From a bacterium (GTDB taxonomy: Bacteria > Patescibacteriota > Dojkabacteria > JAKAPS01 > JAJZLI01), in NCBI GenBank assembly GCA_021816845.1, contig JAKAWT010000001.1:198087-262086 (forward strand): a stretch of 64,000 bases of DNA, written 5' to 3'. The translations under genes were made by a program, and so were the position numbers. The notes under the pieces were generated by a model. The model did no database searches, was not told the DNA's origin, and worked only from the letters and a program-made list of their open reading frames with translations. Positions 48,907-59,600 of the stretch are shown one piece after another; within the stretch, counting starts at the first letter, position 1; each line of letters starts with the position of its first letter.

Positions 48907-50091
48907 TTAAGTTTTTTTGGATTTTAGCTTTTTAGAGCTGGGCTTGGACTTTGAATCCTTAGAAGCCTTTTTTAAAGAAGAAGATTTAGAGGCTACACTC
49001 TTAGGGTTAAGATCTTTAGTTTTACTTTTAGATACAGTTTTAGTTTTTTTTACAACTTTAGATTTTGTTGTAACTTTTGCTGTTTTTTTGACCACTTTCT
49101 TTTTTGTCACTTTTTCATCTTTAACCTCATCATCAGTATCATCTTTAAAAAGTTCATCTGCAACTATATCTATGCTCCAACCTGTAAGTTTTGCTGCAAG
49201 CCTAACATTTTGTCCTTCTTTTCCTATAGCTAGAGATAATTGTTCCTGTGGAACTATAACCTTTGCAGATCTATTGACTTCATCCATAGATATGGTAATA
49301 GGTTTAGCTGGAGACAGAGAATTCTTTATGAATTTTTGTATGTCAGGATCCCATTGTATAACATCAATCTTTTCATTTCCAAGTTCATTTGTCATTGCTA
49401 TAATCCTCATACCCCTTTGCCCAACACATGCACCTATAGGATCAATACCGGTTGTATCGGAAAAAACTGCCACCTTAGTCCTATAGCCAGCCTCTCTGGA
49501 TATCGCTTTTATCTCAACAGTTCCACTTGCTATCTCTGGTACCTCATTCTCAAATAAAGATCTTACCATTAGATCAGAAGACCTTGATACAATGAGCTTC
49601 CTACCCCCTGTTGGAGAATCTTGAATTTCTTTCAAATATACCTTCACCCTATTCCCAGGTTTCAATATTTCTCCAAAAATTTGTTCTTGAGGAGGTAGTA
49701 CAGCAGAGAGTTTACCTACTTCTACTATAACATTCTGTCCATCAAATCTTTGTACAGTTGCCATCTCAATAGTCCCTATCCTATCTTCTATTTGATTCAT
49801 CATAGAGTCTTTTTCTGCCTCAGAGACCTTTTGTAATATAACTTGTTTAGCCGTTTGTGAGGCTATCCTACCAAAGTCTTGGGGGGTGTTATCTTTACCG
49901 TTAACAACTATAGAAAATTTTCCATCCTCATTTATCTGAGCTTTTATTTCATCATCTTCACTATATTCATAATCTCTTTTATATGCTGCTACTATAGCTT
50001 CCTCAACAGCCATAAGAACCTCAGAGGAATCAATTCCTCGCTCTGAAGCTATCTGATGAACAGCAAGTAAAAAATCTGATTGAGTAGCCAT
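48907..50091 (-). CDS. nusA: Transcription termination factor NusA with Lys/Ser-rich tail
   Basis: FGRIASQTAKQVI, REAGYRTKVAV and LSLAIGKEGQNVRLAAKLTGW. Confidence 0.97.
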   Translation of the reverse strand: MATQSDFLLAVHQIASERGIDSSEVLMAVEEAIVAAYKRDYEYSEDDEIKAQINEDGKFSIVVNGKDNTPQDFGRIASQTAKQVILQKVSEAEKDSMMNQIEDRIGTIEMATVQRFDGQNVIVEVGKLSAVLPPQEQIFGEILKPGNRVKVYLKEIQDSPTGGRKLIVSRSSDLMVRSLFENEVPEIASGTVEIKAISREAGYRTKVAVFSDTTGIDPIGACVGQRGMRIIAMTNELGNEKIDVIQWDPDIQKFIKNSLSPAKPITISMDEVNRSAKVIVPQEQLSLAIGKEGQNVRLAAKLTGWSIDIVADELFKDDTDDEVKDEKVTKKKVVKKTAKVTTKSKVVKKTKTVSKSKTKDLNPKSVASKSSSLKKASKDSKSKPSSKKLKSKKT

Positions 50092-50278
50092 ATGTAAATT
50101 TAATTAAAATAATTATCAACAATAAAGTACATTGGTAAGTATATCATATTAAAAGCTTAATTAGAACGTATAGAATACTTAAAGGGTCTTAAAAATATAC
50201 CCATAGGAAATGGTTTATTTTAACACGGTTCATAAGGATATGCCCTTAATGTTTTTTTCTGGTATAATTTTAAAATAC

Positions 50279-50920
50279 ATGAAAAATCATTTTCTAGATC
50301 AGGCAAAACAGATAATTTTTGGTATGCAGGATGGATTAGTATCAACTATAGTTCTGTCAACAACTGTAGCAGGTATAACACACAACAACTATTATATAAT
50401 AATAGCAGCAGTAGCCGAAGGTCTTGGAGGCGGTATTTCCATGGCAACAGGAGTGTATCTAGGCTCTAAATCTCAAAAGGAAATATTGGAAGCTAAAATT
50501 AAGGGAGATGAAGATATGAGAGATGAAGCCATAAACAAATTAGAGAATGATGGAATAGATAAGAACGACGCAGGAGAAATTATTAAACTACTTTATAAAT
50601 ATCCTGTATCAAAAGCTAAACTTATTCCTAATATAGTACTAGGTCAAGATATAGATTCTACACTAAATCCATATATGGAATCATTCTTCATGGGAGGATC
50701 TTTTATACTAGGTTCAATTGTACCAATAATTGCATATTTCTTTCTAAAAGGTATTGATGCTGTTATACTATCTGTAATATTAACTGCCTTAACTTTATTT
50801 TTTGTTGGTGTAATGAAAGGTAATTTTGCAAATCTTTCAAAGGTAAAAAGTGGGTTAGAAATAATGATAATAGGCATGTTAGCAGGCTTACTTGGATATA
50901 TACTTGGTATAGTATTATGA
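50279..50920 (+). CDS. VIT1/CCC1 family Fe/Mn transporter
   Basis: IFGMQDGLVS, ISMATGVYL and SF..GSIVP. Start placed at MKNHF after TGgTATAAT. Confidence 0.9.
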   Translation: MKNHFLDQAKQIIFGMQDGLVSTIVLSTTVAGITHNNYYIIIAAVAEGLGGGISMATGVYLGSKSQKEILEAKIKGDEDMRDEAINKLENDGIDKNDAGEIIKLLYKYPVSKAKLIPNIVLGQDIDSTLNPYMESFFMGGSFILGSIVPIIAYFFLKGIDAVILSVILTALTLFFVGVMKGNFANLSKVKSGLEIMIIGMLAGLLGYILGIVL

Positions 50921-51945
50921 ACGAAGAATTATCAAAATTAAAGAATAAAGTAGATATAACAGAAATGCCAGTTGACCTAAAGGAGAAAGTCGATGGTATG
51001 ATTGAAAGGCTTGAAAGAATGGCCCAACATGGAAATTACTCCTCAGAATATGAAATTGTTTCAAAATATATAAATGTAATAACAGAATACCCTTGGAATA
51101 AACAAACAACAGACAATCTTGATATTAAAAATGCAAAAGAAGTTCTGGATAAAGAACATTATGGAATTGATGATGTAAAAGAGAGAATTCTGGAATATAT
51201 TGCTGCCATGAATATGAACAATACTCAACAAGCACCAATTTTATGTTTTGTTGGATTACAGGGTATAGGTAAAACAACTATGGGGAAATCTATAGCTGAT
51301 GCCTTAGGAAGAAAATTTATACGAATATCTCTTGGAGGTATGGGATCATCTTTAGAGATAAGAGGACAATCTAAAGCTACACCTGACGCTGAGGAAGGAT
51401 ATATAATAAAAGCATTAATAAGATTACAAACCAATAATCCCGTCATACTCCTTGATGAAATTGATAAAATATCAGATGAGAAAAGTGTACGCTCATCAAT
51501 AATGGCAACATTATTAGAGCTTTTAGATCCAGAACAAAATTCTACATTTTTTGATCATTACATGGATTATCCCGTTAATCTGTCAAAAGTTATGTTTATT
51601 TTAACTGCAAACAATCTAGGAAGTATTTCTTCTGCATTGCTTGATAGATTAGAAATTATCCGTTTTCCATCCTACACTGATGAAGAAAAGTTAATTATTG
51701 CAAAAGAATATATTATGCCTAAAGTATACAAAACGATAGGTGTAACAAAAGATCAACTTGAAATAGAAGATGAGGTATGGGCTAATATAATAAGACCACT
51801 AGGATATGAAGCTGGTATAAGAGAACTCGAGAGAACTCTTATGGGTATAGCAAGGAAAGCTGCAAAACAAATACTTATGGATAACAAAACCAAAGTTACG
51901 ATTACAAATGATAACGTAAAAACATATTTACCATTAGGGTATTAG
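50917..51945 (+). CDS. Lon-type AAA+ ATPase module lacking N-domain and protease domain
   Basis: HYGIDDVKERILEY, GLQGIGKTT, LLDEIDK, LLELLDPEQN and AGIRELER. Stops right after the AAA lid. Confidence 0.9.
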   Translation: MNEELSKLKNKVDITEMPVDLKEKVDGMIERLERMAQHGNYSSEYEIVSKYINVITEYPWNKQTTDNLDIKNAKEVLDKEHYGIDDVKERILEYIAAMNMNNTQQAPILCFVGLQGIGKTTMGKSIADALGRKFIRISLGGMGSSLEIRGQSKATPDAEEGYIIKALIRLQTNNPVILLDEIDKISDEKSVRSSIMATLLELLDPEQNSTFFDHYMDYPVNLSKVMFILTANNLGSISSALLDRLEIIRFPSYTDEEKLIIAKEYIMPKVYKTIGVTKDQLEIEDEVWANIIRPLGYEAGIRELERTLMGIARKAAKQILMDNKTKVTITNDNVKTYLPLGY

Positions 51946-51962
51946 TATCTAGATACTAGAGT

Positions 51963-52517
51963 ATGGACCTTATAAGACAAGAAATACTTAATTGTACAAA
52001 ATGTGAACTTTGCAAGGGAAGAATACATGCAGTTCCAGGGGAGGGAGCAATAAATGCTCGAATTATGTTTGTTGGAGAAGCTCCAGGTCAAAACGAGGAC
52101 CAACAAGGGATTCCTTTTTGTGGAGCATCTGGAAAATTACTTGATTTGATGCTTGAGAGTATATCACTAAAAAGAGAAGATGTTTTTATAACAAATATAG
52201 TAAAATGTAGACCCAAAGGTAACAGAGATCCAGAGAAGATTGAAATAGATACGTGCTCAAAATATTTAAAAAGGCAGATACTCCTTGTAAACCCCAAGGT
52301 CATATGCACATTAGGAAGATTTTCAATGAATTTGTTCTTCCCGGACTTTAGTATATCAAAAGTTCATGGGCAAATTTTTAAACTTTCAAAATTCAAGATT
52401 ATTCCACTCTATCATCCTGCAGTAGGATTATATAAAGATAGCATGAAAGAAACACTATTTTCTGATTTTAAAATATTAAAACAATTTACCACAATCAAGC
52501 CTAAAGAATTCTCCTAA
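51963..52517 (+). CDS. Uracil-DNA glycosylase family 4 (4Fe-4S)
   Basis: CTKCELC, VGEAPG, NIVKCRP and YHPA. Confidence 0.95.
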   Translation: MDLIRQEILNCTKCELCKGRIHAVPGEGAINARIMFVGEAPGQNEDQQGIPFCGASGKLLDLMLESISLKREDVFITNIVKCRPKGNRDPEKIEIDTCSKYLKRQILLVNPKVICTLGRFSMNLFFPDFSISKVHGQIFKLSKFKIIPLYHPAVGLYKDSMKETLFSDFKILKQFTTIKPKEFS

Positions 52518-53394
52518 GGATAATTACAATCAATATCAAAAGAGAAAATGATATTACAAAAGTAGGGAGTGTGTTAGTTTGAGACTTAGCCTTTTTTGAA
52601 ATAGTCGTAGGAATAACTTTACCATTGCAGTAATTAAAACTACAATAATTCAAGGTGGAATTTTGAACTACATGTACAGTATGAATACTTGGAGTTTTAG
52701 TAACTGGGGGAGGAGAAATATTTGTAGGTTGTTGATTATTAGGATTTACAGATGTTGTATTTGTAATATTTATGGTTATAGGATTTGAATAATTTGATAT
52801 AACTCCACCACTGGTTATATCTAGAGCCGTAACTTCGTATTGACCTAGAGGAATATTTGATGCATTTTCAACATATTCAAAACTACCTACAGAATTTACT
52901 AAAGTTGAATATTCATAATTAGAATTTAGGAAGATTTCTATTTTACTTAGAGGATATGCCATACCATATAAAGAAAGGTTATTGTTTGTGCTTTGAGCAG
53001 TCATGGTTGGAGATAGGTTTATGTTATATACATTGTTTATTCTATCTGACATTACATTATCAGAAATTGAGACAATATTTGAATTTAACCCATTTATATC
53101 CTGAGAATAGATTTGATAATTAGAGATTCCAGAGCTTATCCCAACAAGTGTAACATTAAAATCACCAGAACTTTGGGAAATCCCAGTCCCTACTACTGAA
53201 TTATTTTCTTCAATATATACTAAAGCTCCAGGTGAGGTATATCCTTGAAATACCAAAGTAGTGGGAGATATAGTAACAGATACAGAGATGTTGAAAGTCT
53301 CTGACGCTGCAAAAACAGGACTAATAACCTTTAAGGAGTATACAATGATACTTAATATAGTTAATACTAGAGCAATTCTATATATTTTACACAT
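52501..53394 (-). CDS. Exported Ig-like domain protein with C-terminal membrane anchor
   Basis: Signal peptide, two bacterial Ig-like modules (GYTSPGA, GMAYPLS), P/T-rich linker, then TLPTF, a hydrophobic helix and RR. Confidence 0.75.
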   Translation of the reverse strand: MCKIYRIALVLTILSIIVYSLKVISPVFAASETFNISVSVTISPTTLVFQGYTSPGALVYIEENNSVVGTGISQSSGDFNVTLVGISSGISNYQIYSQDINGLNSNIVSISDNVMSDRINNVYNINLSPTMTAQSTNNNLSLYGMAYPLSKIEIFLNSNYEYSTLVNSVGSFEYVENASNIPLGQYEVTALDITSGGVISNYSNPITINITNTTSVNPNNQQPTNISPPPVTKTPSIHTVHVVQNSTLNYCSFNYCNGKVIPTTISKKAKSQTNTLPTFVISFSLLILIVIILRRIL

Positions 53395-53395
53395 T

Positions 53396-54487
53396 TTAAC
53401 TCCTGAGACCAGTACCGGAACCTATTCTGAAACCTGTACCGCTGGTATGAGTACCACTGGTACGAGTACCTTTGGTGCCTGTACTTCTAGTACCTGTGTC
53501 ATTAGAGAATAATGCCTTTAGTGCTCTTAATATATTCCTCCTAAATAATATTAAAAGAATTATTATTGCTATAATGAGGAGTATTTCATATATCGGTATT
53601 ACCCAAAAACTTGTTTTACCTACTAAAGTCCCACTTTTACCTTCACTGTTATAATTAACAAATAGGGACGCAGTATATAATCCAATATAGCCTTTTGTAT
53701 TTATTTGCTCCTGGGATAAACGCACTGCACTAGGGATAACATCCAAACTTTGGATAGATATAGTTTTTACAGTATTACCAAACATATTTGAGATTACAAT
53801 CTTTCCGGTAGGCCTTAATGTTACATTTCCAGTATTTTGAATTTTCTGAATAAAATTGACTATTCCTCCTTGAGTAAACACAGGATTAGTGTAAAAATTA
53901 GTCAATGTTGCATCAACCGTGACGTTTCCTGATATAGTAAGTAATATTAAGGATCCTATCTCTGTGCCAACCCCACTCCCAGATCTTGAGTTTTGACTTG
54001 CTGAGACGGATGCTACTACAGATGCAAACCTACTCCCTGGCTGAGCATCTAAAGGTACATTTATAGTGAATCTTACATATTGATATGAATCAGGAGCAAT
54101 ACTAAGATTTGATGGACTTACAGTAATCCAAGATGCCAGAGAATACTGGTTCGATAATGCAGGAGATTGTAATTGCACCTGTCCTCTATCCCCAACAGGA
54201 GTATAGTTATCTACTAAAATAGCAGTATTTAGAGGATAAGGAGAAGTATTGTATACCTTAATAACATTTGATATCGTACTTCCAGGATTTGCTGTTAAGT
54301 TAGAAAATACAGGGGGGGATATTATGATGCCTAGAGTTTGCTTTGCAGAAGTCTGCCCTGAAGTTTGAGCATGTGAACTTTCAGGTACAACTACATAAAA
54401 AAATAAAGTTGAAAACAAAATAACGGCAAATAACGACCTAAATACAAGTTTTTCCAAACGAAGTTTCCTGAAACAAAGTTTCTTCAT
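53396..54487 (-). CDS. DUF916/DUF3324-like (WxL-interacting-protein-like) membrane-anchored protein
   Basis: ISPP, LASWI, FTINVPLDAQPGSRF, IGSLILLTISG, NTGNV, GLYTA, then FWVIP and a TM. Confidence 0.75.
   Translation of the reverse strand: MKKLCFRKLRLEKLVFRSLFAVILFSTLFFYVVVPESSHAQTSGQTSAKQTLGIIISPPVFSNLTANPGSTISNVIKVYNTSPYPLNTAILVDNYTPVGDRGQVQLQSPALSNQYSLASWITVSPSNLSIAPDSYQYVRFTINVPLDAQPGSRFASVVASVSASQNSRSGSGVGTEIGSLILLTISGNVTVDATLTNFYTNPVFTQGGIVNFIQKIQNTGNVTLRPTGKIVISNMFGNTVKTISIQSLDVIPSAVRLSQEQINTKGYIGLYTASLFVNYNSEGKSGTLVGKTSFWVIPIYEILLIIAIIILLILFRRNILRALKALFSNDTGTRSTGTKGTRTSGTHTSGTGFRIGSGTGLRS
53436..53495. repeat. 4 x 15-bp tandem repeat encoding the cytoplasmic tail (GTxxx)
   Basis: gtaccgctggtatga/gtaccactggtacga/gtacctttggtgcct/gtacttctagtacct. 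The unit contains the palindrome GTACC-N3-GGTAC. Confidence 0.8.
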
Positions 54488-54558
54488 CTAATAAATATAC
54501 TATAACTACTTTGATAGTATCAGAATTATACTACTAATACAATAATCCAAACCTTTAA

Positions 54559-55620
54559 TTAGTAAGTTGGTGTAACTACATAATCAAGATTATTTGTATA
54601 TGTACCAGCTGGTTGAGCTGCAGTAACTCCAAGCTGAAAATTCACATATTCACTATCACCTGATGATGATGTTGCAGATGACTTAGTAGCTAGGGTAACT
54701 GGTGTAGCAGGATTCACTGGTATTGGTTCATATATAGCATTTGAGGTGAATAATGCAGAGTTATAATCTCCTGATGTAACATTAACTCCAAAACCAGTAG
54801 TTGTATTTGTAGTCCAAGTTCCAGCAGTAACATTAGGTATTGTACTTGAACTTGAATCAGTCAATAATTGGTTCTCTTGCAAAGTTACTGTATAACCGTA
54901 AGCTGCATTAGTTGTTGTTGATATTTGTTGAGCTGCAACATTAGTAGTTGCAACATTAAAATGTCCAAAAGGTAATGTGGTCGATGTTGTGGTTACAGTA
55001 GTTGCATTTTCTGCTCCAGTTGTAGAAGTCGCAGTACCTGAAGCTATTCCAGTTACAGTAAATGATAATGAAGGATCCATTGTACCTGTAACGACAACTT
55101 GTGTCACAGTAGTTGTTGCCATAACACCATAATCAGTAACAGAAGGTGTGGAACTGTTTGAAGTCACTTGGACATAAAACGTTCCAGCACTAGGGTTAGT
55201 AACAGAAGCAACAGTAACACTAACAGTTGCTGATGGTGCCGTTGCAGCAGATAATGTAACAGTTAAAACTCCGGTGGATGAGTTATATGCTCCAGTTGCA
55301 GTTGCACTACCAAACCCAGATAACGTTATAGTTGGGGTAGCTGACATTGAAAGACCCGATGGTACAGTTGTACCAGTTGCAGTTGTTGCATATTGGATAT
55401 CTATAGTAGCGACTGCAGTTGTCGTATTACTTGGATTCCATTGAATAGTTTCATTAGCTACAGTTCCAGGATTTGAGTTAGAAAGAGTAATAGATGCATG
55501 AGACACTGTGACTGTTCCAGAAGCAGCAACACTCTGAAGGAACAAAACACTACTCATTGATAATATTATAAAAAATGATACTAAACTAGCTAGAGGTCTT
55601 CTTATATCTTTTAATCTCAT
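54559..55620 (-). CDS. Secreted Thr/Ser-rich surface protein with C-terminal WxL-like domain
   Basis: Signal peptide, PSLSFTV, TNAAYGYTVT and terminal AGTYTNNLDYVVTPTY. Confidence 0.7.
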   Translation of the reverse strand: MRLKDIRRPLASLVSFFIILSMSSVLFLQSVAASGTVTVSHASITLSNSNPGTVANETIQWNPSNTTTAVATIDIQYATTATGTTVPSGLSMSATPTITLSGFGSATATGAYNSSTGVLTVTLSAATAPSATVSVTVASVTNPSAGTFYVQVTSNSSTPSVTDYGVMATTTVTQVVVTGTMDPSLSFTVTGIASGTATSTTGAENATTVTTTSTTLPFGHFNVATTNVAAQQISTTTNAAYGYTVTLQENQLLTDSSSSTIPNVTAGTWTTNTTTGFGVNVTSGDYNSALFTSNAIYEPIPVNPATPVTLATKSSATSSSGDSEYVNFQLGVTAAQPAGTYTNNLDYVVTPTY

Positions 55621-56575
55621 GATTTACTTTTTCTAAAATTAAATTAAAACCAACACTTAGTAAGTGTTTATTTTTTACTAATACCAGAATACAGAAACCT
55701 ATTAAAAATGTCAATAATATTATAAGGTATATTGGAATTATATAGATATTCTTTATAATTTTACTACGTTGGTTATATCCATATAAAAGTGTAGATGAGA
55801 TTGTATAACTACCTATATTAAAATTATATGCAATATTTTTATCTAAAATTCTTTTTTCATTTTGCAGAATCAAATGTACTGGGAGATTAAAATTCTTACT
55901 CTTACCACTAGATTTAACAGATAAATATCCATGTTCATTAATATATGTATTACCTAAATTCTGGATTACAGTTTCTGTATTAATTGTAGGAATATTAAAC
56001 AACGGAAAATAGAAATTGGAAAAGTGAAGAGTGTTAGTTTTTATGGATATATTATTTATTCTTGAATTATAGTTTATATTCCCCCCAATTGTGATAAAGA
56101 ATAATGATCCCAGTCTTGATATAACCCCTACATTAGAATTTAATTTTTCTGTATTTAACGATTGAAAGAAAACTGTAACATAGTGTCCACCAGGTGTGGC
56201 ATCTTTGGGAACTTTTATTTCTATAGGTACATCTATAGTACCTTTTGGAGGAACAGCATAATTTAGATTTGGAAAAGAAAACCAAGATGCAGAAGCTAAT
56301 CTTGATTTATCGACAAAAAAACTAATATTACCATTTAGTCCTACAGTCCCAAAGTTTTGAGCATATACTTTAATGGCTATAGGAGCTCTTGTATTGTTAT
56401 AAAATGTCACATATTTGATAATTTGTGATCCTCTATCTAGAGTAATTATATTTAGAGAAGGATAAATAGTTTCATTCAAATTTGGATGTGTAAATGATGC
56501 ATAAGAATTTTTAGCTATCTTAATGTTGGTAACTAGAAAAATCACCAGTAGTGTAATTATTAAAATTTTTCTCAT
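55586..56575 (-). CDS. Second DUF916/DUF3324-like membrane-anchored protein
   Basis: IYPS, ASWF, IKVPKDATPGGHY, RLGSLFFITIGG, NLGNT, GSYTI, then IYIIP and a TM. Paralogue of 53396-54487. Confidence 0.75.
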   Translation of the reverse strand: MRKILIITLLVIFLVTNIKIAKNSYASFTHPNLNETIYPSLNIITLDRGSQIIKYVTFYNNTRAPIAIKVYAQNFGTVGLNGNISFFVDKSRLASASWFSFPNLNYAVPPKGTIDVPIEIKVPKDATPGGHYVTVFFQSLNTEKLNSNVGVISRLGSLFFITIGGNINYNSRINNISIKTNTLHFSNFYFPLFNIPTINTETVIQNLGNTYINEHGYLSVKSSGKSKNFNLPVHLILQNEKRILDKNIAYNFNIGSYTISSTLLYGYNQRSKIIKNIYIIPIYLIILLTFLIGFCILVLVKNKHLLSVGFNLILEKVNHEIKRYKKTSS

Positions 56576-56601
56576 AACCTAATCACAGTTTGTATAATAA
56601 T

Positions 56602-59600
56602 TTAGAATGATGATACTACAGTATACACAATATTAGTTTGATATGTACCCGGAGATTGTATAGATTGTACTGCAACCTTATAGGTGATAGTGTAGTTAGT
56701 TGGGGTGGTAGTATAATTTGACCCTGTAATATTTGTTTGGTTCTCAGCTACAACATCTCCAGGCCCTGATTGTGAGAAAGGTGCATATAGTGTCCCGTTA
56801 GAAAAAAGGTTGACACCATTTATATCTGTAGCAGAACTGGTATACCCAAATCCATAATCTCCACTAGGCCATGAGGCTGGCGATGCATAAGACCCAGCAG
56901 AGAAATTAGGTATTGTATTTGAAGAATTTTGCAGTGACGTTAATATTGACGTTTCATAAGCAGAAATTGTATACCCGTTATAAGCATTTGTTAAAACTGA
57001 TAAAGTTGAGGTGTTAGTCGTAGTATAGGAATTAGTAGCATTCCAATCACCTAAATTAACAGCTGAAGAATTGAGAGAGAAAGACAGTGTAGGAACAACA
57101 TATTGGCCTGATGATGTAACTGTAGTAGTTAAACCAGCATTATTGATGGCCTGCACACTAACATAATATGTTTGACCGGTATGTAGAGGAAGAGATGATA
57201 AAGAAACTGTGTTATATGGACTAGGGTTATTTAGGACAACTGAAGATGAAGAATACGCATATATATTTGTACCTCCAGGAGTAGTTCCAACTGCGACTTG
57301 ATAAGGCGTAGAGGCAAGTCCTGAACAGGTATCAGAAAAACCTGTCCAATTTGCACCCAGTGATGATATTGAGGCAGTAGTATTAGTTTCTGTCCCAGTT
57401 ACTGACCCATCATATACTGTTCCTGCTGTGGGTGCACTATCAGATACGGAAAAATTAGGATTCACAGAATTGAAAACTACAGGTGAAGATAAACCACTTG
57501 AGTTCTTCACAAATGCCTGCCAATGATATCCAGTACAATTAGTTAACCCTGTGACATCTACAATCCCTGTTACAGCAGTACCAGAATAATTTACAGCAGT
57601 ACCAGAATAGTTTGGTGTACCAGTAAATGCCGTACCATTTTGTTGAAGCTCGATTTCTGGGGTAAGAGTATCAGTACTATTTGGTGATGACATAGAGAAT
57701 TGAAACACAACATTCGTGGTTATACCACTCGTAGTCCAAGTATCATTAGTAATTTGTGTAGTTCCATTTGATTGAAGTTGTTCCAAAGATGTAGGAGCAT
57801 TTGGTGCACCAGCTGTAGGTGGTGGTGTAAAATTATATTCAAAATTTACATTCTCCAAAGATGTATTTCCCACGTTATCATATATAACGACATTTAAATA
57901 GTACATACCAGATGTTGTAAGTGATGGGGAAAGATAACCTTCAGTTGTTTGAGTACTTACAGGGTAATCAGTAGCAGTCTGCCCGAAATATACACCATAA
58001 TTTGTAATCCCAGAACCTTGATCATATCCACCTAAAAATTCAAAATAGGGAGTGGTGTAAGTATATGGGGTAGGATTCCCATATGCAAGTTGAGTTAACC
58101 CTGAAGTATCTTCAACATTAATATTATCCATATTCATATTGATGCTGTCAGAAGTGGCATCAGTTACAGCACCAAGAGTGAGAGTAGTCATATTAGACAC
58201 ACCAGTATTCTGACTTGTCAAAGACACTTGTTGTGAACCATTCAAATATGTATAAATACTCCCAGTAGTACCACTAATTGATAGATCAAATACAATAACA
58301 TTCCAAGTATTTAAAGGTAAAATAGTCGTACCTTGAGAAGAAGTAGCTCCAACAGAGTTAGTAGCCTGTAGTACTGGTCCAGAGCTTGTATCTAGCAGGT
58401 TTAAAGTTGCAATTGTACCTGATGCTCCAGATATACTCATAAGTGTAATGCTATCACCAGTTGCTGCAAATGCCACAGCAGAAACATTTATATACATCCT
58501 CACTTGAGCAGAAGAAGTATTAAATGTATCATTAGCAATATAGCTTGTACCTGCTGCAGAGGTTGCCATGTTTACCGAGTATGTTCCTTGTAATACATGA
58601 CCTTGTATGTTGTTTTGGATAAGTGGGAGAGATGTTCCTCCATCTGAAGTCCAACCACCTGCAGGAGATGAAGTAGTCAAAATTGTCCCACTCTCAAATC
58701 CATTTGAGAATAAAGCTGTTGGTTGTCCAGACCAAGCAATGACATTTGTACCTCCAGATATAGGGGATGATGTGTCAATACCAAAGTCAGGATTGCCTCC
58801 CATTGCAACCCATGAGCTTACCCCATCTGCATTTTCAACTGTAGCCTGCCAGTGGTACTGAGTATTCGATGGAAGCCCAGAAATAGTGACACTTGCAACA
58901 ATACTTGTACCTGAATATGAATATGCTATACTTTTATACACTCCAACTCCTGATGTTACAAAATTAGTAGTTGAATTTGTGAAGGCAGTACCATTAGGCT
59001 GTACTTCTACCAACAAATATAAAGTGTCTGGATTATTTGGACTTGATATTGTAGCACCCAAATTTATACTATTATGGTTAAGCCACGACCCAGATGTAAT
59101 TGATGAAGAAGAGACACTTGATGTAGAGACAGCAACACCTGTTGGAGTTAAAATTGTACCATTTGCAGTTATCGAAACTTCAGTTGAAGGAAGAGTTTCC
59201 CCAGAAGATGTTATACCAGTAACTTCATAATAGTAGGTAGTCCCATATGGTATATTTCCACCAACTGATGATGTAGATGAGGATGCAATTGTGGGGGCAG
59301 TTCCTCCACTTGAAGGTGGAGAACCTGAAGAGGGAGTATTAAACCCTGAATCTATAAATGTAGTTGTAACAGAGTTATTTATTAGGAAATATGTAGTTTC
59401 TCCTCCTGAAGAACTCCCTTTATATACTTTATATGAGGTTGCCCCACTCAAGGCATTCCACGTAATTGTGTTTTGATTAGTATTGGTATATGCAACATTT
59501 AAAGTTGATGGAACATTAAGATATCCCCACAATACATATTGATATGTGTTAGTACCATCATATCCTCCCACTGTGTATACATACCCATTGTATATTACAG

